DNA of 64,000 nucleotides from Phoronis australis (taxonomy: Eukaryota; Animalia; Phoronida): positions 262,153 to 326,152 of the forward strand of contig NMRA01000274.1 in assembly GCA_002633005.1 (NCBI GenBank), in the 5' to 3' direction. The notes below the pieces were generated by a model. That model saw only the letters and a list, made by a program, of their open reading frames with translations, searched no databases and was not told the origin of the DNA. Positions 63,556 to 64,000 of this stretch are shown here, piece after piece. Position numbers and translations under genes: made by a program. Positions within the stretch are counted from its first letter, which is position 1; every line of letters starts with the position of its first letter.

Positions 63556-64000
63556 CTGAAAATAAGAATAGTTATGTCTAAACGGTAATCCACCTGTAAT
63601 ATCTTCCTCTAGTACAGTTACACGAGGCAACGTGTCACCAGGTGACAAACTGCTACGACCTGCCATTGTCACGGAATCACTTTAGATTAAATGTTACGGA
63701 TTCCAATTTTTTACAATTTGTACAAACCGAGAAGCATTTGTACTGGATAATTTTATACTAATAAATTTCGGCTACGTCAAGTTTGAACATAAACAGTTCC
63801 ATTTTCCAATTTTGCATCACTGCGTGAAATTATTACGGTGTTTTTCCTCGCGTCTAACTGACAAGCGCTTTTCTCCAAAAAGTAAGATATGGATAATACG
63901 ATTGCCGTAAAGCAATGACGACGGTTACATTTTTATGGAGATTTTAGGCTTTGCCATGTATAGCTGAGCTATCATGTTTTAGCAACAACCGATATGGATA

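Overview
Intron-rich, AT-rich animal genomic DNA, probably a marine invertebrate (inferred from gene and transposon content). Left: the 3' part of an axonemal dynein heavy chain gene (DNAH6-like, + strand, 1875-11192) that ends in two duplicated 104-nt terminal exons. Middle: an 18-exon AP-4 adaptor epsilon gene (AP4E1-like, - strand, 50255 to 13088). It has a U12-type AT-AC intron, a triplicated splice acceptor, and stops at about 768 aa with no appendage domain visible. An intronless Toll-like receptor ORF (+, 23031-25562), flanked by degenerate direct repeats, is nested in its intron 16. A 5'-truncated but uninterrupted RLE-type (HERO-like) non-LTR retrotransposon sits in its intron 2. A tRNA-Ser(GCT) lies head-to-head with the AP4E1 start. 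Right: repeat-rich DNA with a Kolobok-type element (long TIRs, TTAA TSD, THAP remnant), several MITEs, and probable 3' exons of a two-pore K+ channel gene (- strand). All exon boundaries were read by eye. Homologue comparisons are from memory, not from database searches.
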